A stretch of DNA of 64,000 nt from Raillietiella orientalis (taxonomy: Eukaryota): assembly GCA_036172245.1 (NCBI GenBank), contig JAYWIR010000009.1:1054001-1118000 (forward strand), written 5' to 3'. The notes under the pieces are model-generated. The model was not told where the DNA came from and ran no database searches. It saw only the letters and a list, made by a program, of their open reading frames with translations. This document shows, piece after piece, positions 43,081 through 54,876 of the stretch; position 1 is the first letter of the stretch; each line of letters starts with the position of its first letter. A program made the position numbers and the translations under genes.

Positions 43081-43990
43081 TTTTTTATTGTCTAAATTCA
43101 CAATTTAATAATGCATTGTAGGAGGGGCTCTCCATATCCTTTCGGGTTTCCTCAGCTGTCTATCTGGGGCGCTTATTGTCCCCTATTCTGTTGATTTCCG
43201 AGCATCGTGTCCTCTTCTCGCAAGAGCTGATCGCTGGGTCTTTTTTTCTGGCTGCACATAGATTTCGGTCCCTTTTGTGAGTCGCGTAGATGTCCCTACA
43301 GTATCGGATGCACGAGGCGACCATCCGGTGCCTCATCCTCTCCGAGTGTTTGCTATGGACTCCAAGATCGTACAGTACCTCTTCATTATCTGGGTCCCAG
43401 GACCCCAGTGAACCACCAATGAGAACATGCACCTTGCACTGCTTCCCTTTCTCGCTTAGCTGGAGGGCCATTTTTCCAACTTCTTCCTTCTCCTAGCTGT
43501 GCTGAACGCCCCTCTTCCTCCCTCGAACGGGCAGCAGATGTCCAGCTCTATTATGCGATTGCCTTTCTGGTCGCAAGAAGGAGTCGGCGTTGCTCCTGGA
43601 GCTCTGTGGTTGGTTGGCACCAGGGTCCACTCGGCTTCATCCACCGCGGTCATCCTGATCGTTTTCCTGGATCGCAGCGTGCCGCTTAGGCATGGACAGA
43701 CGATGGTGCCTCTTGCAGCGCGTTAAGGTATGAGGCAGCGTTTCGTCTTTTATCTGGCAGTGAAGATATGTGTGATCCGTTAGTTTCCTCCTGGTCTCGG
43801 CCCTGAAGATTCAGCCGAACCACGTGGATGAACTTACAGTCTGGGAACTTCAGGTACTCTCCGATGGCAAGGACGCCCGAAGCGTGGTGCATGCCCACAG
43901 ACTGCATGGCCCTCTCCTGACTCGGACGCTCTTCAGCTAGGGATTGTCAAGCGTCTTCTCTCTGCGATGCTCTTACGTCGGAGGTATTGA
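43081..43990 (-). mobile_element. 3' end of a NeSL/Utopia-type restriction-like-endonuclease non-LTR retrotransposon
   Basis: GEYLKFPDCKFIHVVRLNL, ETLPHTLTRC..H....RHAAIQ, ELDICCPFE...AFSTARRRK and GSLGSWDPDNEEVL..LG...MRHRMVASCIRYCRDIYATH. Ends at AATAAAAAA (43089-43081). Frameshifted. Confidence 0.8.
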
Positions 43991-44055
43991 AAGCATTCCC
44001 AAAACATTCGCAAAGCATTTAAAGCAACTGCTTGGGAATTTTTTCGCTTTGCACG

Positions 44056-44084
44056 TTTTTTTTTTCTTCTTCTTCTTCTTCTTC
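44056..44084 (+). repeat. Poly-T followed by (TTC)7 microsatellite
   Basis: Directly visible. Confidence 0.9.
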
Positions 44085-46449
44085 TGAAGTTTATTTAGTC
44101 ATGCGTTGTCTCCCTGATATGATAAGAAGATGCAGTCGATATCAACGTCAGCGTTCACAACATTGCTCTTAGCTTTGAAGGTGCTACGAAAAGCAAAAGG
44201 GTGCAGTGAAGAGGATGCAAAGTGTGGCTAACGAAAACCACAATACAACGGAGCCATAAGTTCGTTAAGAATCAAGAAAAACATGTCGGTTGCAGGCAGC
44301 ACACGACGCGGAACTCGGCAAGAAAATGTGGGGAGCAAACTGTGAGGATTCGACGAAGATGTGACCGGACGATATCCTGGAACTCTCTGTCCAGCATTCG
44401 ATGCATTCGGAGCAAGGAAGGCCACCAAACAAGAACGGGTCACACCTGAAAAACGCTGTACCTCTCACTAAGTGATGGTCGAACTGAAAGCAGTAAATGC
44501 GAGTACATGGAAGTGCGGAGGAGACATCTCTTTCTCTGTCCTGAATCTAGAGAAGTCAATGAAACGTGAAGGAAGAAGAACTTTTTCTGTTTTCACGCAA
44601 AGTGAATTTGAAGGTAGCTGCAACGCCTTCATGGATGCTGTTTTCCTCGGTTATTGCAGAGTGAAACACTTCCTCTACAATGATAAGGAAACGAAGGCGA
44701 TACGAAGAGGAAGAAGGGGAAGAGGAAGAGAAGAGGAGGAGGAATGGTGTGCCCTAATATAAGGTGCGGGCGGAACGTACACTGGACACACTGTCAGGAC
44801 CATCAGCCGGATGAAGGAGCTGGAGCTAAGACGGCACCAACTATCGTGCAATGGGACCTTTGCGAGGAATGTACTTCTGTGATGACTCCTATCATGCAGT
44901 GAGAGTTTCAAGAAAAGCACAGCATGAAATACGATGAAAAGTTATTCTTTCCGTGCATTCTTTTAATCAGCGCGACCGTGGATAGCCCTTGGATTTGCCA
45001 CTGAGATACAGAGGCTGCCACGGGGATTTAAACACCGTTGCAGAGAAGAACTCGGTGCTGACGTAGAAACCAATCGAGAAATGAAGAGTTTGGTGAAGTT
45101 TCCTTTTCAAAAGCAGGTCTTTCAGAACTGAGAGACAGAACTGAAGAACTGACGATTGATTACGGGTAGAGGATCCACCCTTCTTGGAGCACTTGGTCCA
45201 CCTCCTTTCCATCATCAACCCTTGCGTGCCTATAGCAAAGGAATTGTTTGGCTTGTGCACTCCGAAATCCTCGTACCACCTTTGGTCCACTCCTCCCATT
45301 TGGAAAGGTCTGCCTCTGTGTCCTTCCACTTGTGGTCCAAGGAAACCAGACGCATGTCTGCCGTCTTCGGAACACATGCTCGCACACACGGCATGCAGCC
45401 AATCCCCTTTGTGGATGATCAGCGGGCACTGTGCGCATCGGCTAGGATGTTCTGAGGGAATCCGCCTCAAGACAATCGGCATCTTCTGCGTTGTCCCCGT
45501 TCTTCGAGGCTGTATTGATCGGTGCTCATTCTTGAAAATTCTAAGAACAAGAACCGTTCTCGAAGGCCACAAGGCACTTACTGACCCGGTTGTGACTTTA
45601 CCTTTGGTCTCCCTCCGTGCTCTTCCTGAGTGCAAAAATCACAATGCCGCTAGTGTTTCTCTTCTTGCGATTTACCAGGAAGGAATGGCCGATGGCAAAA
45701 GGCTGTGAAGAACGTGAGAATAGCTGCTATGTGCATGGCTCAAGGATGCGGAGACGGATGAGCCGTGGCATTCTGAAGCTTCTCATGCTCTTCTCTGCAA
45801 AAAGAAAATGGCACGATTCGTATCCCTGCGGTTTGAACAGATTGCATCCTTGCCCACTCCGGAGGCTTTGCCTGGAGACCACGAGCAAATCATGAGTGGT
45901 TTTGCTGGGGACAAGAATCCTTCACAGTTACCCTTCTGTGTAGTGTTTGGCATTTGCCGAGAGTACGAACTGCTCTTGGGACACTCATCGCACCAAACTA
46001 CAAAGATCGTTTCGTACAACCCCATCCTCATCCGGTCGACCTGAACGCCCTTTGCTGACCTGATGAGTCGTCAGAGGGATGCTGTGGCATTCAACCACAC
46101 GGACCCATGTCCAGCTTCCCGAGCAGAGATGGATAAGTCCAGTCCATGTGGGTTACTTCCGTATTGGAGATGGTCCTTGTTTGAAAAGCAGCTTACAGCT
46201 CCATGGGAATTCAAAACTGTGAATTACATAGATGAGGATGATGCCAGCATCCAATAAAACCGAAAAAGCTGGAAATGATGCATGACTTTCGGGGCTTTGC
46301 CTGAAAACCTGCTTGTCTTCTTTCCTAATGTCTGAGGAGCAGCTTCCCTTTTACAGAAAAGTAGACAAAAATTTCAGAAAGTCCAAAAGACTGGGATTCG
46401 TGCCTCCTTGCTGAAGTGAGAGATCTCATAGGTAGCTGAGATGGAGGAT

Positions 46450-49400
46450 CTTCACGAAAAGGAAAAATTCATGGTGACTTTTTCCGATCTGTGCAAGCGG
46501 TTGGGTGATTTCAACCGTTTTTCGGCAACACACAACAGAGGTGTGAACTCACATCTAGGCGAGTTGCAGCAGCACTTGCAGCAACACTGCATTTTGCCCG
46601 CAGTGCGTGTCGCATTCCAGTGTTCCTTTCTGAGCTGTCCACCTGTCCAGCTCCTCGCAGGCGAGGTGGAAATGCTTTGCACTCATCAGGTCATCTGCAG
46701 GGTGCATCTGCAGCTCCTTCTTTAGCAGTCCTTTCAAGATCTCCTTTTCCGGAACATCTTTCCCTTGGGAGAGGAGCGTCCACCTTCGCACCACAGCATG
46801 TTGGTGATGAAGAAGGTTGAGGCCCTCACCACTCGATTCCCGTAAAAGAGTCCACTTAGGACCTCAGCTGGTAACACATTCCGCAGGCCTGTCACACCGT
46901 TGGACTGCTGTTCGGTCTTTGGTCAGTGTCCGGCATGTGTTCACGTGGCGTCGGGTCTCCCGTCCGCAACACGCTTTGCAGGCTTCATCCTGGCTTTTCC
47001 CCGTGAGGTCCCGGAGTCGGGCAGCGCACGAAATGTCTCCGTGGAAGGAAAGCTATTAGCGCGGCCAGTGCTGAGTTCGTCCTTGGGATCACTGCGCCGA
47101 GGTCTGCCTTGTGCGTGAACGGTGGGCTGTCGCAGTAAAAGTCTTTTTCCTTGGTAGTACTTTTTCTCTCAAGTGCGCTTTCCCAAGTAGCATGGATCAG
47201 CACATGTCTCTCTTGGAAGACAGTAGTTGTTTTTTTCATGTTTCCAATTTTCAGTAGCAGTTGATTCGAAACTTGAGGAGCTCGTGGAGAAAACATTGGA
47301 CCTTTTGCCCTCTATGATCGGATACTATAAGCTTTTTGGTTCTCCGAGTCTCTCACAGAGAGAAAAGAAGTCTGCTCAGAAACGATTCGAATTGGGAAAT
47401 AGCCTCCACTCTGACACAGAGCTTCCAGTCACAATGGAAACTCACCCTTAATGGTAGTTTTTGAAGGCTTTCTACAAGGCGTCACAGTAAAGCTGGCATA
47501 TCAAGAGAAGATGGTCCTGTTGGTGGGCAAAAGGCTCAACTGTTCCACAAGAAAAATTTCCACATCCTTTGGGAAAGCACAACCAGGTACCTCAGCTCCT
47601 AAGGAAGCCTTGAGAAATTCTTTAACCAGGACATTCCAGAGTTCCACAGGGATCGAATATACTCGATCCCTCTGATTGACAAGAGTACTCGAGAGATGTT
47701 ATAAATTACTATCACCTTGGACTCCGATCCGAGCTCCAGTGGGTTGTTTTATTCCCTTACTGAACACTCGTATTAATGATTATCTCAATTTATCGGCGAT
47801 TTATTTATGTGCTCAGTGCATCTCCTTCAATCATACCGTGGAGTCATTATAAAAAATCATCGCTTCTTATGGAGGTCACATATCAAAATTTTTAAAGGAT
47901 GGTGATGAACGGATGTGACTCACTCCTAAAATATGCCCGCACTCTTTTGCATAAGTTCTCCCTGTTAGATAATCTTTAGCATCCATAGGATCCAGGCAAG
48001 GATGCAATGCTGTGAAAATCAGGGATCCCATAACGACGAGACGAACACATCGGGAAGAGGATAGCAGTGTGTTCAAACATCCGGTGCTCGCTCAACATCA
48101 GCTGGAGCAATCAACTGGATAATCAGTCTCTGAGATGCAACTCCTTTTGGACCAAAGGTTTTTTCCCCTTCCCTTGAGCGGTTTGGCAGTACACAGAGTC
48201 CAGAAAGGGTTGTCTCTGGTTGTTTCCCGTTTTTCCAAATAGAAAGCCGAGCTTGCGCCGTGTGTGTTTTTTTTTTTTTTTTCACATTTTCAAGAGGAAC
48301 AGACCCTCTTTTTCCAGTTACCCTTTCTGGATGCTTTCCTTACGAGACACGTGCCAGGTCTTCCTCGAGGTCACCTTTTCTGTTCCCAGAAATGCTCCGC
48401 CGTGCGACCTGAGAATCGCTTCTGAAGCGCGCGCTCCAGAAGAAAACCCCCCCGGTTTATCTGGAGCTTTGCCCAGCGCGTGCTTTGGTCCTCCAATCTC
48501 TGTCTTCCTTGTGGAATCCTCCTCACTCAGATTGCCGCACAGCTTCGCAAGGAAAGGTGCCCTTTCTGAAGAAGTTCCTGCTGTCCACTCCATCCATATT
48601 TCGACTTGGACACTTCGCTCTCGACAGTATGAAGTGCACAGGGCTTCCCCTGTGCACTTCATACTCTGCGGATACTGCTCTTCCTCCTACTTTCCCTTTC
48701 AACCTCTCGCAAAGAGGGACTCCCTAGCCTGCTTCAGCAGAAGAATTCTTACGTCTTTCACACTGCTTGCCAGCTTGGTTTCAAGAATTCGATCCCTTGC
48801 AAATCAGCACTGGGCAAGCCAAAGGAGCCTTGGAAGATCATCGATTCAGAGGCGGAGGTTCCCCCATAAAAGCCCACTGGCCACGAGCTTCCATACTCCC
48901 TTGGAAGGAGCATCTTGCTCGGGAAAGAACTCTGCCTGATCTTCTCTGCAGCAAAAATCAACACGCGGAACACGAGATGATCCGAACCTGAGAGTGCGTG
49001 ACAATTGGTTGACACGGAACTACATAGATTTCTCAACGACTCAGAATCCAAGCGCATCTTTCACAGGGGCGTTTACTTTTCCTTGCTTCCTCGGGAGGCT
49101 GGCCTGCATGCAACTCGCTCCGTCATCCGCAGCTTCTCCAGGTGGAGTAGATCCGACAATTTGCGTTCTTCTTGCTCTGACGAAACCCTTCCGGTCATAA
49201 AGAAGTAAATCAAACACGTCTTTTTCTGTTCCTTGAGCTCATCAAAGTTGATGACTGCGAAATTCCCGAGCATCATTAATGACAGTGGATTGTGTGCCTG
49301 CGAGTGATTATTATACCCAGCCTTATGCTCGCGGACGGGTCTGCTTGAAACGAGAAGGATGAAGACGGATTCTCTCTCATTCTTTGCCGGAAGATTTTCT

Positions 49401-49450
49401 GCTTTGAAATTGCTCCGACGAGTGCACCCGCTCCTTTTCTTCAAGATGCC
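46450..49450 (-). mobile_element. Highly decayed L1/Tx1-type ORF2 (APE plus RT)
   Basis: Ordered motifs MLGNFAV (GDFN), RLD...SDHLV, IPVELW, TWESALER (DxEKAFDR) and RTGDPTP (RQGDPLSP). Confidence 0.45.
48626..48665. repeat. Perfect 18-bp inverted repeat with 4-nt loop
   Basis: AGTATGAAGTGCACAGGG-CTTC-CCCTGTGCACTTCATACT. Confidence 0.97.
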
Positions 49451-49851
49451 CGCATTGCTGCTGCCATGTCACAGTCGATTTGCCTTCAGCGCTTGCTGCC
49501 CTCTTTCCACGATCCGCGTTTTCGTAGAGGGTGACCGAAAACCACGTCACCGAGGAAGAACTTTCGGGGTCAGTCGTGGCTCCACCATTTGAGACTCATT
49601 GCAAGCCTTTCTGCGCTGTAACACCGCCGCCCGCGAGAGTACAAAGAGATGACGGCAAGTCGCTCACAGAGATGTCCTACCAACCAGCCCGCTTTTGGTC
49701 AGAAAAATTTCCTCTACGGCCGACGGACGTTCTCGTTCGAAACCTTCGTCGCCTTCGTCTGCAACATCTGTCCGTTCTGCCCGGCACACGACCTCAGCTT
49801 TTCATTCAGTTCGGTTTTCCTGGAATGCCCGTTTCTTTCGGAAGACGACTG

Positions 49852-51700
49852 CCTCCCGATTATGCCGGGACATTTATTACGCAGAATAATGAAAGTGCAT
49901 TTGGGTGGTAGAACCCTCGTTTCCACCACGCTCGATGAACCTGCCGAAGAGTAGCACGGAGACCGGCGAAGTCCGCTTCGGCAGAGTATGCAAAGGGAAA
50001 ACAAAACAAACAAAGTATAAACAAACAAAACAGGGGAGCGGAAATTTTACACGGGGAGGGGGGAAGAGAGGAAGGGATCACGGAACGCTTCCTGGAGTTC
50101 TCTGAATCCTGTTCAGGATGCTGGCAAGTTCTGTCCGTATCTTGCCCAGGTGGGGCCATCTCGATCGGGGCGATCCTCAGGAAGTTCCGCGCCCAGTGGA
50201 TGGCGTCTCTGCCATGTCGACCTCTTTTTCCGGCATTCCAGGCCACTACGATCCCGCGTAGACAGTAGAGGACTGCGAGGGTCGCGCCAGGCGGCAGTGC
50301 GGTCCGCACGAAGAGCGTCTGAAAGTGTCACTAGGGTCGCCCGCAGGGATGCCTAGGGAGGCGATCACAAAGGGATTGGAGGACAACATAGTCCATCAGC
50401 AATATGCGTGTGGGTCCCCTTCTTCCTGCACCTATCGCACTGAGCGTCCACATGTTCAGTGGTGAAGGCGCGCTTTGCATCGGATTCCCCCAAGCAGGAC
50501 TAGCAACTTCAATCCCTGCTACTTGAGGGGGAGAGAGCCACTGTTTCAGCACGCTGAGGTCCACTTCACCTCCTCCAGAAGGATATCGAGCAGCTCTCCC
50601 CAGCATGGAAGGGCTTGGGGTGAGACACTGGGGGTCGTAGCGTCCGCCCGAGTTTTCCAGACCCCCAAAAGTTTCTTCTTGGCTGCTAAGCAGCAACTGG
50701 GAACACAATGTCCCTTGCGTCCCTTAGGAAGGGCAGCATTGGAGCAAGGCGCAGATGATGGGAATCCTTTGGGGGTTTTCTGTTTTCGCCATTTTGCTTC
50801 CACCTTTTTCTTTTTGAGGAAGGCGAGGGGGTCTTTGGGGGAAGGGGGGATACGCCAAGTGCTGAAGGGCCGTTCGCCTTCTTAAGAGGGAGCCCACAGA
50901 GCTCTTTAACACTGTCCATTCCACCCGAGGGTGCGTGTAACCCTTTAAGATATGGATGGGACCTCCCTATGAATCCAGGAACACTCCGGAGGAAGGAGTC
51001 CTTTCCTCCTACTCTTGGAAGAGAACCCCGAAGGAAATCTCTTCCATATTCTCTTCGGAGGATTCGGTCCCCTTGAGGTCACTCCTTATTTCTTCTCCGA
51101 AGGGAACCCGGTAAAGATCCGCTCTGGAATTTCTTCTCCAGATGGAACTCCCACAAGGGAATCTCTTTTTTTTTACTCCCCTGAAGAGAGCCCCGAAGGG
51201 ACGCTTCTGGATTTGCAACACTTCTGCAACACTCCCTGGAGGGTGCAGAGCGCTTTCGCAACACTTCTGTAGCACTCTGGAGAGCAACCCCCGAAAGAGA
51301 GACGAAAGGATATCAGCCAGCTCCATGGTACACGATGGATAATGCTCCCTGATGGAGAAGACGGCGGTTCCATTTTTACAACCAGGGAAGAAACCCTGAA
51401 GGACTCCTTGGTTCCTGGATGAACCTCGGAGGGTCGACTTCCGATCCCTGCCAGTACAACGGGGGCACAGAGGTTGCTTCCCGCGTGTCTCACCCGAACC
51501 TACACTCCAACCAGGGTAATCTTGCGGAGGAGACTCGAAACCCACGACACATCCATTTCTCAGTGTCGATCCTTCCTTCCCCGGGTTGGATTCCAGCTCC
51601 GCGACGCTTGGCTCCGCGCGCGGAGACTGCAGGCGCACGGCCGCCAATGCGGGAGTCTTCTTCTTTCAGCTTCGGCCCACGATGTCGCAGGTAGGTGGTG
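49852..51700 (-). mobile_element. LINE relic: ORF1 tail, ORF2 start, then directly ORF2 C-terminus and 3' end
   Basis: CVVGFESPPQD...RVPFGEE; MAKTENPQRIPII; WKTRADATTPSVSP..WGELL; LAVLYCLRGIVVAW..DAIHWARNFL; AATAAA plus terminal motif at 49878-49853. Confidence 0.7.
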
Positions 51701-51949
51701 CACGTCTTGCTTCGGACGCTCATTTCAGCCGTGAGGTGGTCAACCGAGATCCTCTCTGGTTAGCCTCTTTTAAGGTGCCGAGTTTCTTGCCGACGAGACC
51801 CAAAAGCAGCACCATCAAGCGGAGGAATGTGATCCAAAGCGAGATGGAAACGCGGAGGGATGCAACGAAGGGAACCTCCCATGCCTGTCGTCCTTAAAGA
51901 GGGAAACGTCCACAACAGCAGCTTTGCAGATGGATGTTTCCGGCGTCAA

Positions 51950-52500
51950 CAAACAAACACGAACCCGACTTTAGCCAGCACCCTCCGGGAAGAGATCCAA
52001 GGCAGACTTGGTGATCGGGAGCTGAAGAACATCGCAGTCATACCGGTCATTCCTCTCACCCTTGCGGGAAATCATCGGCAGCGCTAAATGAAGAGGGAGC
52101 GAGTGATTTTCTACAGGGACTCGGAGTCCACTGAACAGTGCCCACGGGCATGGGTTCCTCCTTCGCAATCAGACGTCCAGGATCTCGTTGGAGCATCCGC
52201 CCCCACCAGCGAGATCTGCGCTCACGGAGGCTCCAGGCAATCTCGGTCGAACACTTTTGTGCTCACCGCCGCGACCTTCCCTATTTCTCGCCACCCGGAG
52301 CAACCGGCCGTTCTCCGGTGGCGGTATGCCGCAAGGCTGGAACAGCTCCGTCTCTGCACTTTGGTACAGACTCGACGCTTGAGTATCACCCATCTCCGAT
52401 GCCACCGGTTGCTCTGGATGGCGAGTCGCTGCTGGCACTCCTCAGCGGATGCCGACTTCCATAGCCATCATCCTGCTGTCCCGACGGGATCCTTCCACGG
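51950..52500 (+). mobile_element. Decayed LTR-retrotransposon (Gypsy-like) RT fragment
   Basis: REEIQ..L, RVIFYRD..., DVQDL, LQAISV..PYF and MPQGWNSS, in the expected order across frameshifts. Confidence 0.4.
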
Positions 52501-53199
52501 GATCTGCTGAGCGTAACCCAACGTTTGGGGCCTCCCGCAGCGCTGCTTCTGCTCACCTCAGTGGGTCCACAAGGCGCTCCTAAAGTGCCGGAAGCTGGCT
52601 CGCCAGTTCGTCTTCCGATCCCCCGCCATAGTGAGGGCGGCCGTGTCGGAAAACACGAAGAATGGTGGAGCATCGAGGGGACAGAGAGTTTCCAGGAAAC
52701 GGGTGGAGCACATCAGCAAGGCGACAGTGTGATCGAATGTCACCGGGATGTGCACTGGAGAACGCGGGACGGGTCACCTCCAGTAAGGGAAGCACCTCTG
52801 AAACAAAGAGAGACAGCTAAAGGTGAGGGTGCTCAAAGACGACGCAGCTGCGCTTCCATCTAAAAATTTCATCATTTTGTGCTCAAAACAATCGGAGTGA
52901 CACCCCGTGGGATGAGAGCAGAAAGTGGAAGGCATCCGGAGAGACAGGGAAAGCAATGGGTCCAGGAATCCTATGCTGCGCAGAACATTTCTGTACCCTG
53001 CTCAATCCTGGATCTCAGCCCTTCTTCCTGAATTTCTTCCTCAGCAGTGCTCAGATCCTAAAATCTCATTCGAGAGCGGCAGGAAAAAACGAAGCTTCAC
53101 CGGATGAAAGCTCAATGACAAAGGAGTCATCGGGTCGTCGATGCGATTTCACGTCGGAGGCGTTCATGGTTTTCCCGAGGGGGGAAGAAAATTCCCGAA

Positions 53200-54876
53200 A
53201 TCCATTGCACTTTCAATTACGAGCGAAGGGAACGGTGCTCGGTTCTCGATTTCGACCGCGTTGCCATGGGAAACGCCGAATGAGGAATACGCGGCATCCA
53301 TTTCTGTTCCAATCTTCCTCCGCGAGGTCATCAGTCATGCGGGAGACTCCCACGGTTTCCCGATGAGCGGGCTGGAGCACTTCAGCGACGATCCTCCCGC
53401 GGCTCAGCTGAGCCCTCCGCGCCGCTGCCCCGCCATTGTCTCTCGGAGGACTCGCAGGCAGCGTCCCGAAGGGACGCGCGGAAGGGCGGAAATGGGTGGG
53501 CATTCCTCCGGAGCAACGCGTCCGTGCGAACAGGTCCTTCCGAATGACAGGTCGCCGGATCGGAGTTCCGCACTTGCAGGGAGCGCGCTCCGCGAAGGAT
53601 CGGGCAGATTCGATCCCGGAGTGCCCGTCGGTCAGAGGCAGCACCCTCCTCTGGGCGGGATTCCAACGCAGAGTGCACCTTGCTCCCCGCGCCTCGAGGG
53701 GAAGCGCGGAAACGAAAACTTCCGGAGTGTGCAGAATCTGCTGATCTCTGGCGGGAACCGGCAGAGGAACGCTCCAACGCTCTTTCCCGCTTTCAGTTGT
53801 CATTTTTATTTTTATTTTTTATCCTTTTTTTCGGGAGAGGGAGGAAGTGGAAGGAGATAAATACCACGCAGCAGTGACCCCCTCCTCAGTCCCCAGAGTC
53901 CTTGCCTCGTTTCGTGTGGGGCAGGAAAGACAGGAAAAGCGTCCCTGCACGGGGATGCCGTGGAAGTCGCTTGAACGGACCTGCTCCCGGTTTTCAGGTG
54001 TTTTCGAGGATGGGCAACGGAATGGCTTCTTGTTTGCTCCTCGTCTCAAGGAAACCCCGGCTAAACTCTTCCAGGTTTCTCTGAAGGGTATTCCCAGAAA
54101 GGAGCATCGCGCTTCTTCACACTCTGGGTGTCCCAAGAGGGATATCAACCAGCTACATGGTGCGCGATGGTGAGTCATCCCCGAGGGAAGGGAACGGCTC
54201 CGTTTTCACAAACGGAGGGAAACCCCGGAGGAAACCGGCTCCTTGGTTCCTCTATTTCCGCCTGCCGTCCGGGTCGCGAAAAGGGGGAGACGCCTCCCGG
54301 TCTACGGGTGCCTCGTACCCTTTTCTAGCCGACTCGCCCGAGGGCGAACCCGTCCAGAAGAGCACAGGCGGCAGCGAGACGCAGCCCCCAAGATCCCACT
54401 TCCCGGCCCGGCCCGGTCGCGGCAGTCGAAGGTGTGGAAAGGGGACGCGGGGGAGGAGATGTCTTCGAGGAACGACAGCGGAGCCGGAGCACGCGCAGCG
54501 GGAAGAAGCGCCGCGAGGCGCCAGCTAGCAGGTCGTCAAGGCCCTTCGAAGAAGGTCGGCAAGAAGCCGGCGGTCGCCAAAGAGGCGCCCCCACAGCACA
54601 ACGGTGCTGGGTGGAGCGCACTCGCCCTCTAGCACTTCGGGTGGCATCCGCTTTGAATGCATGTGCGCTTGCGAAAACACCACTCCCTGAAGTGCACAGC
54701 GATGTTTCACAGAGAGAGCTCCGTTCCCAGGAACCGCCCACGCTTCCGACTGAACGCTTTTTCTTCCGCCGCAGGGAAATCCTTCCGCCGATGGGGAACT
54801 CGGAAATGCGTGCCGCCGGCGTGCCAGAGGAGTTGACATCGCTCGCAGGCACTATTCAACTCGGTGGTTCCAAGAA
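53200..54876 (-). mobile_element. LINE relic: ORF1 piece (knuckle-like CERCQLLWH, tail FRETWKS), A-rich spacer, post-RT ORF2 piece
   Basis: The ORF1 tail is homologous to 62.1-62.5 kb; IRKDLFARTRCSGGM resembles RLKDLVAP..GLG. Confidence 0.5.
54269..54876 (+). repeat. 608-bp direct repeat, copy A
   Basis: Matches 58491-59098 at constant offset 4222; only a CC/TT difference noticed. Confidence 0.97.

Noticed and set aside
45750..46050. Possible degenerate ORF1 zinc knuckles on the minus strand
   Set aside because: Too few ligand residues remain to support a call.
46060..46090. CTGATGAG hammerhead-core-like word (others at ~12.2, 19.6 and 63.9 kb)
   Set aside because: No stem II followed by GAAA in the correct arrangement.
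51575..51600. ELESNPGK resembling a 2A ribosome-skipping motif
   Set aside because: Lacks the required D and final P (DxExNPGP) and is not conserved in homologous copies.
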